In this document: piece after piece, positions 18,255 through 27,132 of the stretch
How the letters are laid out: the number at the start of each line of letters is the position of its first letter
Position numbering within the stretch: the first letter of the stretch is position 1
IMG/VR virus record: IMGVR_UViG_2974778117_000001
Coordinates: 95,515 to 159,514 of that record
Source: a virus
Taxonomy: Duplodnaviria > Caudoviricetes
Direction: 5' to 3' (one strand)
DNA length: 64,000 nt
Position numbers and translations under genes: made by a program
Notes under the pieces: model-generated
Told to the model about the DNA's origin: nothing
What the model saw: only the letters and a program-made list of their open reading frames with translations
Database searches by the model: none

Positions 18255-19147
18255 ATGGCAAAGTTTGAAGTATCCGAAGTGTTCATGTCGTTGGAAGGTG
18301 AGGCACAATTCACCTTCCATCCGACTGCATACATTCGGTTTGCACGGTGCAACCTGAGTTGCCCGTTTTCAACAACCCGGAACGTGAGAAGACGCCGACC
18401 GGGTATGCGCCGCTGACCTTCGACCCGAAGGATTACAGCAAGCTGGAAGAAATTCCGCTGATCACCAAGGGTTGCGATTCGCAGTATGCGGTGAACCCGA
18501 TCTTCTCTCACATGTGGAAGAAGCTGGAAGCGGACGAGCTGGTTGATGAGTTGCTCTCGGTGATTCCGGGTAACAAGCTGGTGTATGACACGGGTTTGCC
18601 GGTGATCGTGAGTCTGACTGGCGGTGAGCCGACGCTGAAGTGGAAGCAGCTTCCAGAGATCATGTTCCATGAGAAGATGAAGGATTGCAAGCACTTCTTG
18701 GTCGAGACCAATTGCGCCGTCCCATTCAAGGACGAGTTCATCAGTCAGATCCACAAGTGGCTCAACGAGGATGACAGTCGTCAGTGGACGTGGTCGAACA
18801 GTCCGAAGCTGAACTCCAGCGGTCACACCCGAACCGAGGCGATCAAGCCTGCGATTGCTCTGATGCAATCGGCGTTGTTCAAGTCCAACGCTGGTCAGAT
18901 CAATCAGTATTTCAAGTTCGTGGTAGACGGTTCGGAAGAAGACTACGCGGAAGTGAAAGAGGTCATGAAGATCTATCATGACGCTGGTCTGGCTCTGGAC
19001 ACTCCGATCTGGATCATGCCTCAGGCTTGCACGCAGGAACAGCAAGTGGAGCTGGCGCGATCAGTTGCACGTCGCTGCATGGTCGAAGGCTGGCTGTACT
19101 CACATCGTGTTCAGAATGACCTCTGGGGTAATGGAGTTGGCACTTGA
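18255..19147 (+). CDS. queE: QueE 7-carboxy-7-deazaguanine synthase, radical SAM (apparent 1-nt deletion ~18367)
   Basis: EVFMSLEGE, IRFARCNLSC...GCDS, TGGEP, VETN, SPKL, KFVV, IMP, HRVQ..LWGN. Confidence 0.92.
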
Positions 19148-19365
19148 TCACCGTAGAATTCATTGACGCGTTGATCGCGATCCACGGACGCAAGTCTGTC
19201 ATGCAAATTCTGGGCGAGGTGATCTACAATGATGACGTTTCATGAGTGGATGGCTCATCACGGTTACTGGGCGGGGCGGTGTGGTGCCGGAAAGTCTATG
19301 TATCAGGACATGTATGGCAAGTACTGCCGTGAGTGGCGTCAGAACAACCCAGCTTGAGGTAGCAG

Positions 19366-20775
19366 ATGAGTGACATTTCCAATGAGCGCTTGATTCTGGC
19401 GGCGCTTGTAAAGAACGAGGAGTATCTGCGAAAGATGCTCCCGTTCTTGAAGCCAGAGTACTTTGAGGATGCGGCGGAAGGTCGTATGCTCAAGATGATC
19501 TTTGAGCATGCTCAGCGATACAACGAACTGCCTGACAAGTCAACCCTGATCGTCGCAGCGAAGAACGATCAAAGCCTCTCAGAAGGCCAAGCTGATGCGC
19601 TGCATGAAACGATCTTGGACGTATTCAGCATCATCCCATCCAAGAACGTTGAGTATCTGTCGGAGACAACAGAGCAGTTCGTCCAGAAGACCGAAGTCTA
19701 TCTGGCGATTCAGAAAGCGATTGCGATCTATCAAGGTGAAGACCTGAAACAGACTGTCGCGGCGATCCCGGACATCTTGGCGAAGGCGCTGGCAGTCAGC
19801 TTTGACATCAAGATCGGCATGGAGTACTTCGATACCGCTGCAGAGCGATTCGACTTCTACTCCAACCCGGAAAGCCGAGTCCCGTTCCGACTGGAGTCCT
19901 TCAACGAGATCACTTGTGGAGGCGTGATCCGAAAGACGATGAATCTTCTGGTCGCGGGCGTGAACGTTGGTAAGACAATGGGTCTTATCAGTCTTGCAGC
20001 CGATTATGTGCGAGACGGTTACAACGTCCTGTACATCTCAGGCGAAATGCGAGAGGAGATGATCTCCCAGCGACTGGACGCGAATCTTCTCGGCACCAAC
20101 GTCAACGATCTGGTCAAGCTCGGCAAGGAGAAGTTCCTGAGCCGAGTCGAAAGCCTCAAGCAGAAGTCCTACGGTCGATTTGTCGTCAAGGAGTTTGCTC
20201 CGGGTACGGCAACGAACCTGTCCATCAAGCACACGATGGACGACCTGAAACTGAAGAAGAACTTCGTACCCGACATCATCATCTGCGATTACCTGCAGAT
20301 CATGGCATCGAGCCGTATGGCATATGGTTCGCAGGGTAGCTACTACTACTACAAGGCAGTCGCGGAAGAGTTGCGAGCCCTGGCGGTAGCGACGAACACG
20401 GTTCTCTGGACAGCGGCACAGTTCAACCGAGGAGGCATGAACAGCTCTGAGGTGGGTATGGAGGACATTGCAGAATCGACAGGTATTGCCCAGACAGCAG
20501 ATGGTATGTGGGCGCTGATCAGAACGGAAGAGTTGGATCAGGTCAACAAGCTGATGGTCAAGCAGTTGAAATCACGATACGCTAACAAGGCGGTGAAACT
20601 GAAGTTCACCATCGGCGTGGACGTTGACAAGCAGACGCTGTATTCAGTCGAGGACGATAACGCCGATCAGTACATGGACGAGTCGAAGGGATCGAACTAC
20701 TCTCAGGCGGACATCAAGGAGCAGTTCATGAAACAGAACGGCGGATCGAAAAGAGACATGTCAAAACTGAAATGA
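19366..20775 (+). CDS. 41: gp41 DnaB-like replicative helicase
   Basis: AGVNVGKT, DYLQIM, AEELR, AAQFNR, KQLKSRY. Confidence 0.96.
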   Translation: MSDISNERLILAALVKNEEYLRKMLPFLKPEYFEDAAEGRMLKMIFEHAQRYNELPDKSTLIVAAKNDQSLSEGQADALHETILDVFSIIPSKNVEYLSETTEQFVQKTEVYLAIQKAIAIYQGEDLKQTVAAIPDILAKALAVSFDIKIGMEYFDTAAERFDFYSNPESRVPFRLESFNEITCGGVIRKTMNLLVAGVNVGKTMGLISLAADYVRDGYNVLYISGEMREEMISQRLDANLLGTNVNDLVKLGKEKFLSRVESLKQKSYGRFVVKEFAPGTATNLSIKHTMDDLKLKKNFVPDIIICDYLQIMASSRMAYGSQGSYYYYKAVAEELRALAVATNTVLWTAAQFNRGGMNSSEVGMEDIAESTGIAQTADGMWALIRTEELDQVNKLMVKQLKSRYANKAVKLKFTIGVDVDKQTLYSVEDDNADQYMDESKGSNYSQADIKEQFMKQNGGSKRDMSKLK

Positions 20776-20834
20776 GGCCTTGACGGCTTCACATTCATCA
20801 GGTATCATATAGTCTCAATCAAGGAGACGTAGCG

Positions 20835-21139
20835 ATGAATGAGAATGTGAAGCCGGCAGAGTTCAAGCGAGTGTTCAACAGCCGTGAGCAGATCCGCGAT
20901 AACACCCTGGTGGCTGGTCTGGAAGCGTTCTACAACGTCTGCAATCGAGATCCGCAGAACTGGATCTACACGATGGTGTCGCACAATGGTGCGGTCGTGT
21001 GTATGCAGGAGTACGCCAAGCTGGTGGTTTTGCGGTCCTCAAGCCATCGGAGATTCAGGAAATCGAAGCCGGCATTGTCCCGGAATGGGCTGCCAAGATC
21101 ATGGCTGAATTCGAGCGCCGCAACAACATCCGCCTCTAA
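20835..21139 (+). CDS. hypothetical protein (apparent 1-nt deletion ~21020)
   Basis: AAGGAG RBS; TTGACG/TATCAT promoter-like elements upstream; reconstructed end ...RRNNIRL*. Confidence 0.6.
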
Positions 21140-21142
21140 GAC

Positions 21143-21175
21143 GACGCCCCAGGTCCGCTTGGGGCGTCTCTTTGT
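21143..21175 (+). terminator. intrinsic terminator
   Basis: GACGCCCCA...TGGGGCGTC followed by TCTTTGT. Confidence 0.7.
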
Positions 21176-21176
21176 G

Positions 21177-21182
21177 TAAATA
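21177..21182 (+). promoter_or_regulatory. putative T4-type late promoter (TAAATA)
   Basis: TAAATA immediately upstream of a virion-type gene. Confidence 0.65.
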
Positions 21183-21214
21183 TCCTGAAGAGTTTCTTTC
21201 ACCAGGAGAATTAC

Positions 21215-22453
21215 ATGGCAGCACCAACCTACTTGCCTGAGGCGATTGCTACCGCGATTGGCTGGGCACATCCGATCACAGGCGAACAGCTGGACGTCAC
21301 CAAGGGTCTTCCTGGCGCGATCAGCTACTACAAGCCGAATGCTCGCGGACAGTCTTTCATCGATCCAGCTGGCAGTGTCACAAGCCTGATCAACTTCATC
21401 AAGAAGGGTCCGCGTAAGGTCATCTTCACGATCCAAGCGAAGAAGGCGATCAAGAAAGTCGTGACCACATTCGGTGACGCGTCCGATCCGCTGACATCTG
21501 GAGCAACATTCCTTCACGTGTATCCGGATGATCCCGCAACCAAGACCTACTCTCTGTCTTCTGTTGTGACCTACAGCGACGACACTACAGAGACTGTCAC
21601 GCTGGAAGTTCAGATCCTGGCAGGCGAAGTTGCCGCGCCGGCAAATACCGCAGTACCAACTATCACAGGTACAGCACGAGTGGGGCAGGTTCTGACGGCT
21701 GGTGATGGTACCTGGACGGGCAATCCTGCTCCGACCTTCACATACGCTTGGTTCCGTGGGACCACAGCAATCTCTGGAGCCACCAGCAAGACCTACACTC
21801 TGGTTGCAGCTGATGCCGGCTCGACCGTGAAGGTTCGCGTGACTGGAACCAATTCCGAAGGCACAGCCAATGCCGAATCGGCTCCGACTGCAAGCGTGAC
21901 GCAAGCTCCAGCTAACACCGCTGTTCCGACAGTGACTGGTACGGCTCGCGTTGGTCAGACATTGACCGCCGCTCCGGGAACATGGACTGGCACACCAACT
22001 CCGACTTACACCTACCAGTGGCAGCGTGGCACAACCAACATCAGTGGTGCGACAAGCTCGACTTATGTTCTGGTTGCAGCTGACGCAGGGCAGACAGTTC
22101 GCGTGGTTGTGACCGGCACCAACTCGGCAGGCAACGCTTCGGCGAACAGCGCCAACACGGCTTCGGTGACTCAGACTCCAGCTAACACCGCTCTACCGAC
22201 CATCACCGGAACGGCTCAAGAAGGACAGGTTCTGACCTCGACCAACGGAACATGGACTGGCACACCAACACCGACCTACACACGTCAGTGGAAGGCAGGC
22301 GGAGTTGATATCGCTGGTGCGACGGCTCAGACCTACACTCCAGTGGCAGGCGACGTTGGCAAGACCATCACCGTTGCAGTCACAGGCACCAACAGCGCGG
22401 GTAATGCAACCGCAACGTCGGCAGCCACAGCAGCGGTTGTCGCGGCGGCATAA
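21215..22453 (+). CDS. Ig-like repeat virion protein (Hoc-like decoration protein)
   Basis: three ~90-aa repeats PANTA.PT.TGTA..GQ.LT...GTWTG.P.PT.T..W; Thr/Ala-rich; late promoter. Confidence 0.8.
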   Translation: MAAPTYLPEAIATAIGWAHPITGEQLDVTKGLPGAISYYKPNARGQSFIDPAGSVTSLINFIKKGPRKVIFTIQAKKAIKKVVTTFGDASDPLTSGATFLHVYPDDPATKTYSLSSVVTYSDDTTETVTLEVQILAGEVAAPANTAVPTITGTARVGQVLTAGDGTWTGNPAPTFTYAWFRGTTAISGATSKTYTLVAADAGSTVKVRVTGTNSEGTANAESAPTASVTQAPANTAVPTVTGTARVGQTLTAAPGTWTGTPTPTYTYQWQRGTTNISGATSSTYVLVAADAGQTVRVVVTGTNSAGNASANSANTASVTQTPANTALPTITGTAQEGQVLTSTNGTWTGTPTPTYTRQWKAGGVDIAGATAQTYTPVAGDVGKTITVAVTGTNSAGNATATSAATAAVVAAA

Positions 22454-22468
22454 TCTTGAAACACTTTC

Positions 22469-22495
22469 GGGCCCAGGTAGATCCTGGGCCCTTCT
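22469..22495 (+). terminator. stem-loop terminator
   Basis: GGGCCCAGG-TAGAT-CCTGGGCCC followed by TTCT. Confidence 0.6.
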
Positions 22496-22535
22496 GTCTA
22501 TATCATACCAGGATACCAAATGATGGAGATCTGTT

Positions 22536-23456
22536 ATGGGTGGTAATGTAGTGATCAATGGAATGTCCGCTCGCCGCATTGAAGTCGAGACTCTTGAGCA
22601 GCTGGTGGACCTGAATCATGAAGTCGCAATCTTGATGCATCGGTTGCAAATGGAACCGGGCTCTTACTTCCCGACTGGCAGCTACCGTGCAATGCTCGAG
22701 AATTTCAGCCGAGTCCATCATTCCAAGCCGACGCTGGGTGACGTGGACATTGCAGTACACAAGGATTCCAAGGGACACATCATGTCGATGCTGCCGAAGC
22801 TGGAAGCGATTGATGCAATCGCGGGGTGGAAGGTCTCAGGATCGAACATCATCGTCCTGACCAACACCGGAGAGCAGATCGATCTGGAACTGACCGATGG
22901 TAGCGCATGGTCGCTATGGATCCGACAGTCAGACATTGCCGATCTGGATTGCGGCATCAAGGGATTCGCCAACATCTTCCTCTTCCGAGCTCTGACCTCG
23001 CTGACTGTCAAGGACTTTCCGGGTCTTGGTGAGATGAACGAGTATGCGTTCAGCCTGAATGGACTCCGCCGCAAGGTCGAGATGAATGGCGCTGTCGCGG
23101 AGGTAATCCCATCATCCAAGGTCAAGCCGAACGACTACATCACCGATCCGGGTACGATCCTCCAGATCCTGTTGGCAGATCGTTGCTTCCAGCCGGTCTC
23201 CAAGATCATCCCGAGCGATGTGTGGGAAGTGTCCAGTTCGTTTGTGAAGCTGTGGGCGTTCGTGTGTAGCTGGATCAAGTCGAAGAGTGATCTGGATAAG
23301 ATCAGCAATGCCCTGTATGACCTGCTGTATAGCGACAAAGCACAAAGCCTGTATCGGGATGATCCCGAACGAGATGCACAAGAGAAGGACGCAATATGGA
23401 AAGAGTTCCAGCGCACCCTCATGATGAACAAGGCGTCCGTCGCCTATGAAGATTGA
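22536..23456 (+). CDS. Pol-beta-superfamily nucleotidyltransferase-like protein
   Basis: TGS...LGDVDIAV...QIDL (GS, DxD, third D). Confidence 0.7.
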   Translation: MGGNVVINGMSARRIEVETLEQLVDLNHEVAILMHRLQMEPGSYFPTGSYRAMLENFSRVHHSKPTLGDVDIAVHKDSKGHIMSMLPKLEAIDAIAGWKVSGSNIIVLTNTGEQIDLELTDGSAWSLWIRQSDIADLDCGIKGFANIFLFRALTSLTVKDFPGLGEMNEYAFSLNGLRRKVEMNGAVAEVIPSSKVKPNDYITDPGTILQILLADRCFQPVSKIIPSDVWEVSSSFVKLWAFVCSWIKSKSDLDKISNALYDLLYSDKAQSLYRDDPERDAQEKDAIWKEFQRTLMMNKASVAYED

Positions 23457-24388
23457 GGATCTAGACGCGATCCTCCGAGACAGAAGTTCCGTACCAAGAG
23501 AGTCAGCGCAAAGCGATTGGTTGTCTACACGAGCGGGTCACGGCAAGAGCTGATGGCCCAGCTCGGCAATGAGTTCGGCGGAGTCTTCTGTCCGAACCCT
23601 GATTCATACTCGACAGCCGGGTCAACAGACTATGGTTTCTTCAAACTGTATGCGAAGCCCGACAAAGGCGCGGGCGCGAAGGCGGCTGGAATCGACAATG
23701 AAGATCTCCTTGTCAAGGCCTTGAATAGATACACGACTGATTACAAGAAGGTGACGGTCACGTTTGAGGCGCTCAATATGAAGATCAATGTCGCCGATGT
23801 CAAGTTCGCTCGGCACTCCGGTGCAGACACGAAGGGACGCAAGAAGGCTGACGTTGTGCTCGAGACTTCATCCGGTGAGGTGCCGATCTCGGTCAAGAAG
23901 GATAAGGCGGAGATGTGGGAGTCGGCTGATTCCTACTGGTCGGCGAACACAGGCATGGTCATCAATCACCTGCTGAAGAAGGGTGAGATCACCATGGAGC
24001 CGAACAAGAACGTCTACAAGATCAAGCCGAGCGTTGCCATCGAGGCAACATCAGAGGAGAAGCGTGACGTTGTGTTTGGATCGGACCTTCTCGGCAAAGG
24101 GTTCGTAGCTCAGAAGTCATATAGTGAATCAGACTTTTCCTTTAACTTGAAGGCAAAAGAGCTTAAAATCAATTGTACGCACTTGATCCAGTCTGAGGAG
24201 GACGTTCACGGCGACCACGATGTGTGGTTCCTGATTCGCCCGGACGCGACAAGGAGATCTGTGAAAGAGTGGCCAGGTGTTCGCACGCTGGCGGTTTATC
24301 AAACCCGACTGACCTCTGGCGTCAGGCGATATGAGAGGAGTGTGTTCAATGGATGCAAGTCCAAGAGTGGGAATCAAAACGTAGCTGA
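23446..24388 (+). CDS. PD-(D/E)XK nuclease-like protein (reconstructed; deletions ~23480 and ~24378)
   Basis: E..L, KKADVVL, PISVKK pattern; ATG overlaps the end of the upstream gene. Confidence 0.6.
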
Positions 24389-25154
24389 TCTGGGGCAGAC
24401 GAGGTATGAAAGCCTGTTTGTCCCTAGGAACGCGGACAACACCAAGTTCCAGTTCCGCTACATGAACGCCAAGATCAAGGTTGATGGTATCCCTTTGCGG
24501 TTTGGATTTGACGCGTCGGCTACCCCGTTCGTGGAAACCAGCCGCAGCGGATTGATCTATCACCCCTCGTCGTTCGTTCTGCATGCGAAGAATAAGCCGG
24601 ATTCCAATCCACGCAAGCCGTGGATGGTCGCAACCGCATACAAGTATCAGGATCTGGCTACACGGATTCTCAATCTGCTGCACGCCGTTCCGTTGCACAA
24701 GCGATACCGGAACCTGAAGGTCCACGCCGAGTGCTTGCCGCGATGCTTCCAGGATGCAAATGGTCGGATCGTTACCTTGTCTTACACTCTGCCAGAAGGT
24801 GCTGAACTGGTCATGTACCCGTATCAGGTGGAAGGCTCCCTTCGCGCTCCGATGGTGGTAGCTGAGGAGATTCTCCTGCGATCAACGTCGTTCCCATACG
24901 CTGATAGGCAGAGGCATAGGAAGGAGATCTTGATTGAGAATGATGCAATCACGTTGCCACTGATCGAGTCGGAGACTCAGCCTTACCCATCTGAACTGGC
25001 ACACGATATCCTTTCCGGAGTGAATGTGTATACACCTTACGGTCCAATTGAAGGTGTCATCATCCCTACAGAATACGGCGACGCGAAGGTTCAGAGTCAG
25101 ATCTATAAGGAAGAGCGCGCTAAGCTGAAGATCAAGCTGGTGGTGGAAGAATGA
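24349..25154 (+). CDS. ligase-like (KxDG) nucleotidyltransferase-fold protein (fused to the upstream ORF in the ORF track, probably by a deletion)
   Basis: GAGGAG RBS 8 nt before ATG 24349; KVDG..LRFG, HAEC, IEGVII resemble covalent nucleotidyltransferase motifs I, III and IV. Confidence 0.55.
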
Positions 25155-25650
25155 ACATCCTCTTCCCGGGACGATTCCAACCGATCCACAAGGGTCATAT
25201 CCACACCTTCAATGAGCTCAGCAAGAAGGGCAAAGTCCATATCGCTGTGATCCGTGGCGCCGTGACATCCCGGAACCTCAAGCTGAATCCCTTCAGCGAG
25301 GATCAACAGCTTGATCTGATTCAGGACGCGTTGCCTGATGTGGAACCGATCATCTTTGCGAACGGCTATCTTCCGGACATTCTGGAATGGTATAAGAGCC
25401 ACGGAATCAAGATTGACGCCATCGCCTGTGGGTCGGATCGGATAAATACCTACGCAGCCCAGCTTGCACGCGGTGGCGTAAGTGACGTGGTGATCTATCC
25501 GGTAAAGCGTCTCGGGTCGCGACAGAAGTTCGCCGTCACCTGGCGGAAGACAATCGGTTGTTGTTCCAAGCGTCTATGCCCGAATCGCTTCATGGCTGGT
25601 ACAAAATCTTGAAGAGAACGGTGGACGAATCAGATGGCAACATTGAATGA
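25151..25650 (+). CDS. cytidylyltransferase-like (HxGH) protein (apparent 1-nt deletion ~25518)
   Basis: PGRFQPIHKGH, NPF, GSDR; after the shift SATEVRR. Confidence 0.85.
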
Positions 25651-25822
25651 AGAAGAGGGTGGCGGTGGAGAAGGCGGCTCGACCTCCAACAGCACCACAC
25701 AGATCGCAAAGCCTGAAAAGCCCATGAAGGGCGACAAGATGATGCGTCGACAAGACCGCACGAAACTGGAAGAGTGGACTCTAGAAATGATGGTCCGTCA
25801 GGTCAAAGGAACGCTTTCGTGA
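25634..25822 (+). CDS. small hypothetical protein, possibly virion-internal
   Basis: TAAATA at 25443; N-terminal LNEE. Confidence 0.5.
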   Translation: MATLNEEEGGGGEGGSTSNSTTQIAKPEKPMKGDKMMRRQDRTKLEEWTLEMMVRQVKGTLS

Positions 25823-26220
25823 TCATCCCAAATGAAGGACAGGGCCTGAACAAGAAGCGACATCTGATGCCGCAGATTTCCGACTACAATGCCTTCATCG
25901 CCGATCTCGAGTCGGAGGGTGTTGACGTGACCACGGTCATGATCAAAGCCTCCCGTCTCACTCCGACCCAGTCCAACTTCAACGAGGACAAGGTCAACCG
26001 GATGATCGAGGATGAAAGCTGGAAGCGCGGAGCCATCGTGTCGTCAAAGGACGATTGCGTTCTGGACGGTCATCACAGATGGCTGGCGGCTGCACAGGAT
26101 GATTCCTCAATCCGTACCCGTCGAATCGGGATGAACATTGAGGATCTGCTCGCGTTCGTCAAGGACAAGAGCTATGTTGAATACAAGAAGATCAATGAGG
26201 CTAGACAATGGGCAAACTGA
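25819..26220 (+). CDS. ParB/Srx-like domain protein
   Basis: MPQI, LTPTQ, VLDGHHRW. Confidence 0.75.
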   Translation: MIIPNEGQGLNKKRHLMPQISDYNAFIADLESEGVDVTTVMIKASRLTPTQSNFNEDKVNRMIEDESWKRGAIVSSKDDCVLDGHHRWLAAAQDDSSIRTRRIGMNIEDLLAFVKDKSYVEYKKINEARQWAN

Positions 26221-26968
26221 GAAAGCCGACAGGCATCACCTTTGAGCTGGAACTGACCGAGCTTGGCAAGACCGTCAAGTATCGTCCGTTCAAGCTGAAG
26301 GAACAGAAGAAGCTGCTGCTTGCATCCGGCTTGAAAGACAAAGCCGTGATGACCAATGCCCTGCTTGACATCGTGGAACAATGTACGTTCGGTGAACTGA
26401 ATGTTCGCAAGCTGCCGATGCACATCACGGACTATCTGTTCACCAAGATCTACATCAAGTCGGTCGGTAACATGAGTCAAGCACAGTTTGAATGTGCGGG
26501 CGAAGTCATCGAGAAGGATGATGAAGGACATGATCATAAGGTTCCGTGCGGCGTCAAGCTGAACCTGAACCTTGATCTGGAACGTGCGACTCTCGTCTAT
26601 CCGGACACTTACCGCCCGAACGAGACGATTGAGCTGGAAGATGGGATGTTCGTCCGCCTCCGAGTTCCGACGTTTGAAGAACAACAGAAGATCGACTTCT
26701 CCAAGTCACTGACTGACGTCACCGACCAGTTCATCGTGTCGCTGATCGAAGCCATCGTGGATGGAGAAGAAATGCAGATTCCGGGTCAGGACGTCACCCC
26801 AGACGAGGTGGTGGAATGGCTGGACGAACTGTCTGCATCCTCAATCGAGAAGATCACAGGCTTCCTGCAGAATCTCCCCCAGTTGACGATGGACGTCAAC
26901 GTGACCTGCCCCAAATGTGGTAGGAAGGAGGAGTTCAAGCTCACGGGCCTTGAGGATTTTTCGGCTGA
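26208..26968 (+). CDS. 26: gp26-like baseplate hub / tail assembly protein
   Basis: VKYRPFKLKEQKKLL, IYIKSVG, CPKCG, LTGLEDF(F)G*; one T apparently missing at ~26960. Confidence 0.85.
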
Positions 26969-27132
26969 TGCTTCCGGAAGGCAAGTTGCAAGACTTGCTG
27001 AGCCATTTCCACACGATGGTGGAATATGGGTACACGGACAGCTACCTTGACGAGATGCACCCCTTTGAGCTGGAACTACAGTCTATCGTCATCATCGGCA
27101 TCAACAATGACAGAAAGGCTAACGCAACATGA
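26968..27132 (+). CDS. gp51-like baseplate hub assembly protein
   Basis: YTDSYLDEMHPFELE resembles the Y...IE.M.P.E motif; lies between gene 26 and the tape measure. Confidence 0.65.
   Translation: MLPEGKLQDLLSHFHTMVEYGYTDSYLDEMHPFELELQSIVIIGINNDRKANAT

Noticed and set aside
19229-19357. 42-codon ORF containing GRCGAGKS
   Set aside because: Too short for a P-loop fold; coding status unsupported
21630-22440. DNA repeats in the Ig-like gene as a DGR target or mobile repeat
   Set aside because: Explained by three protein domain repeats; no reverse transcriptase in the window
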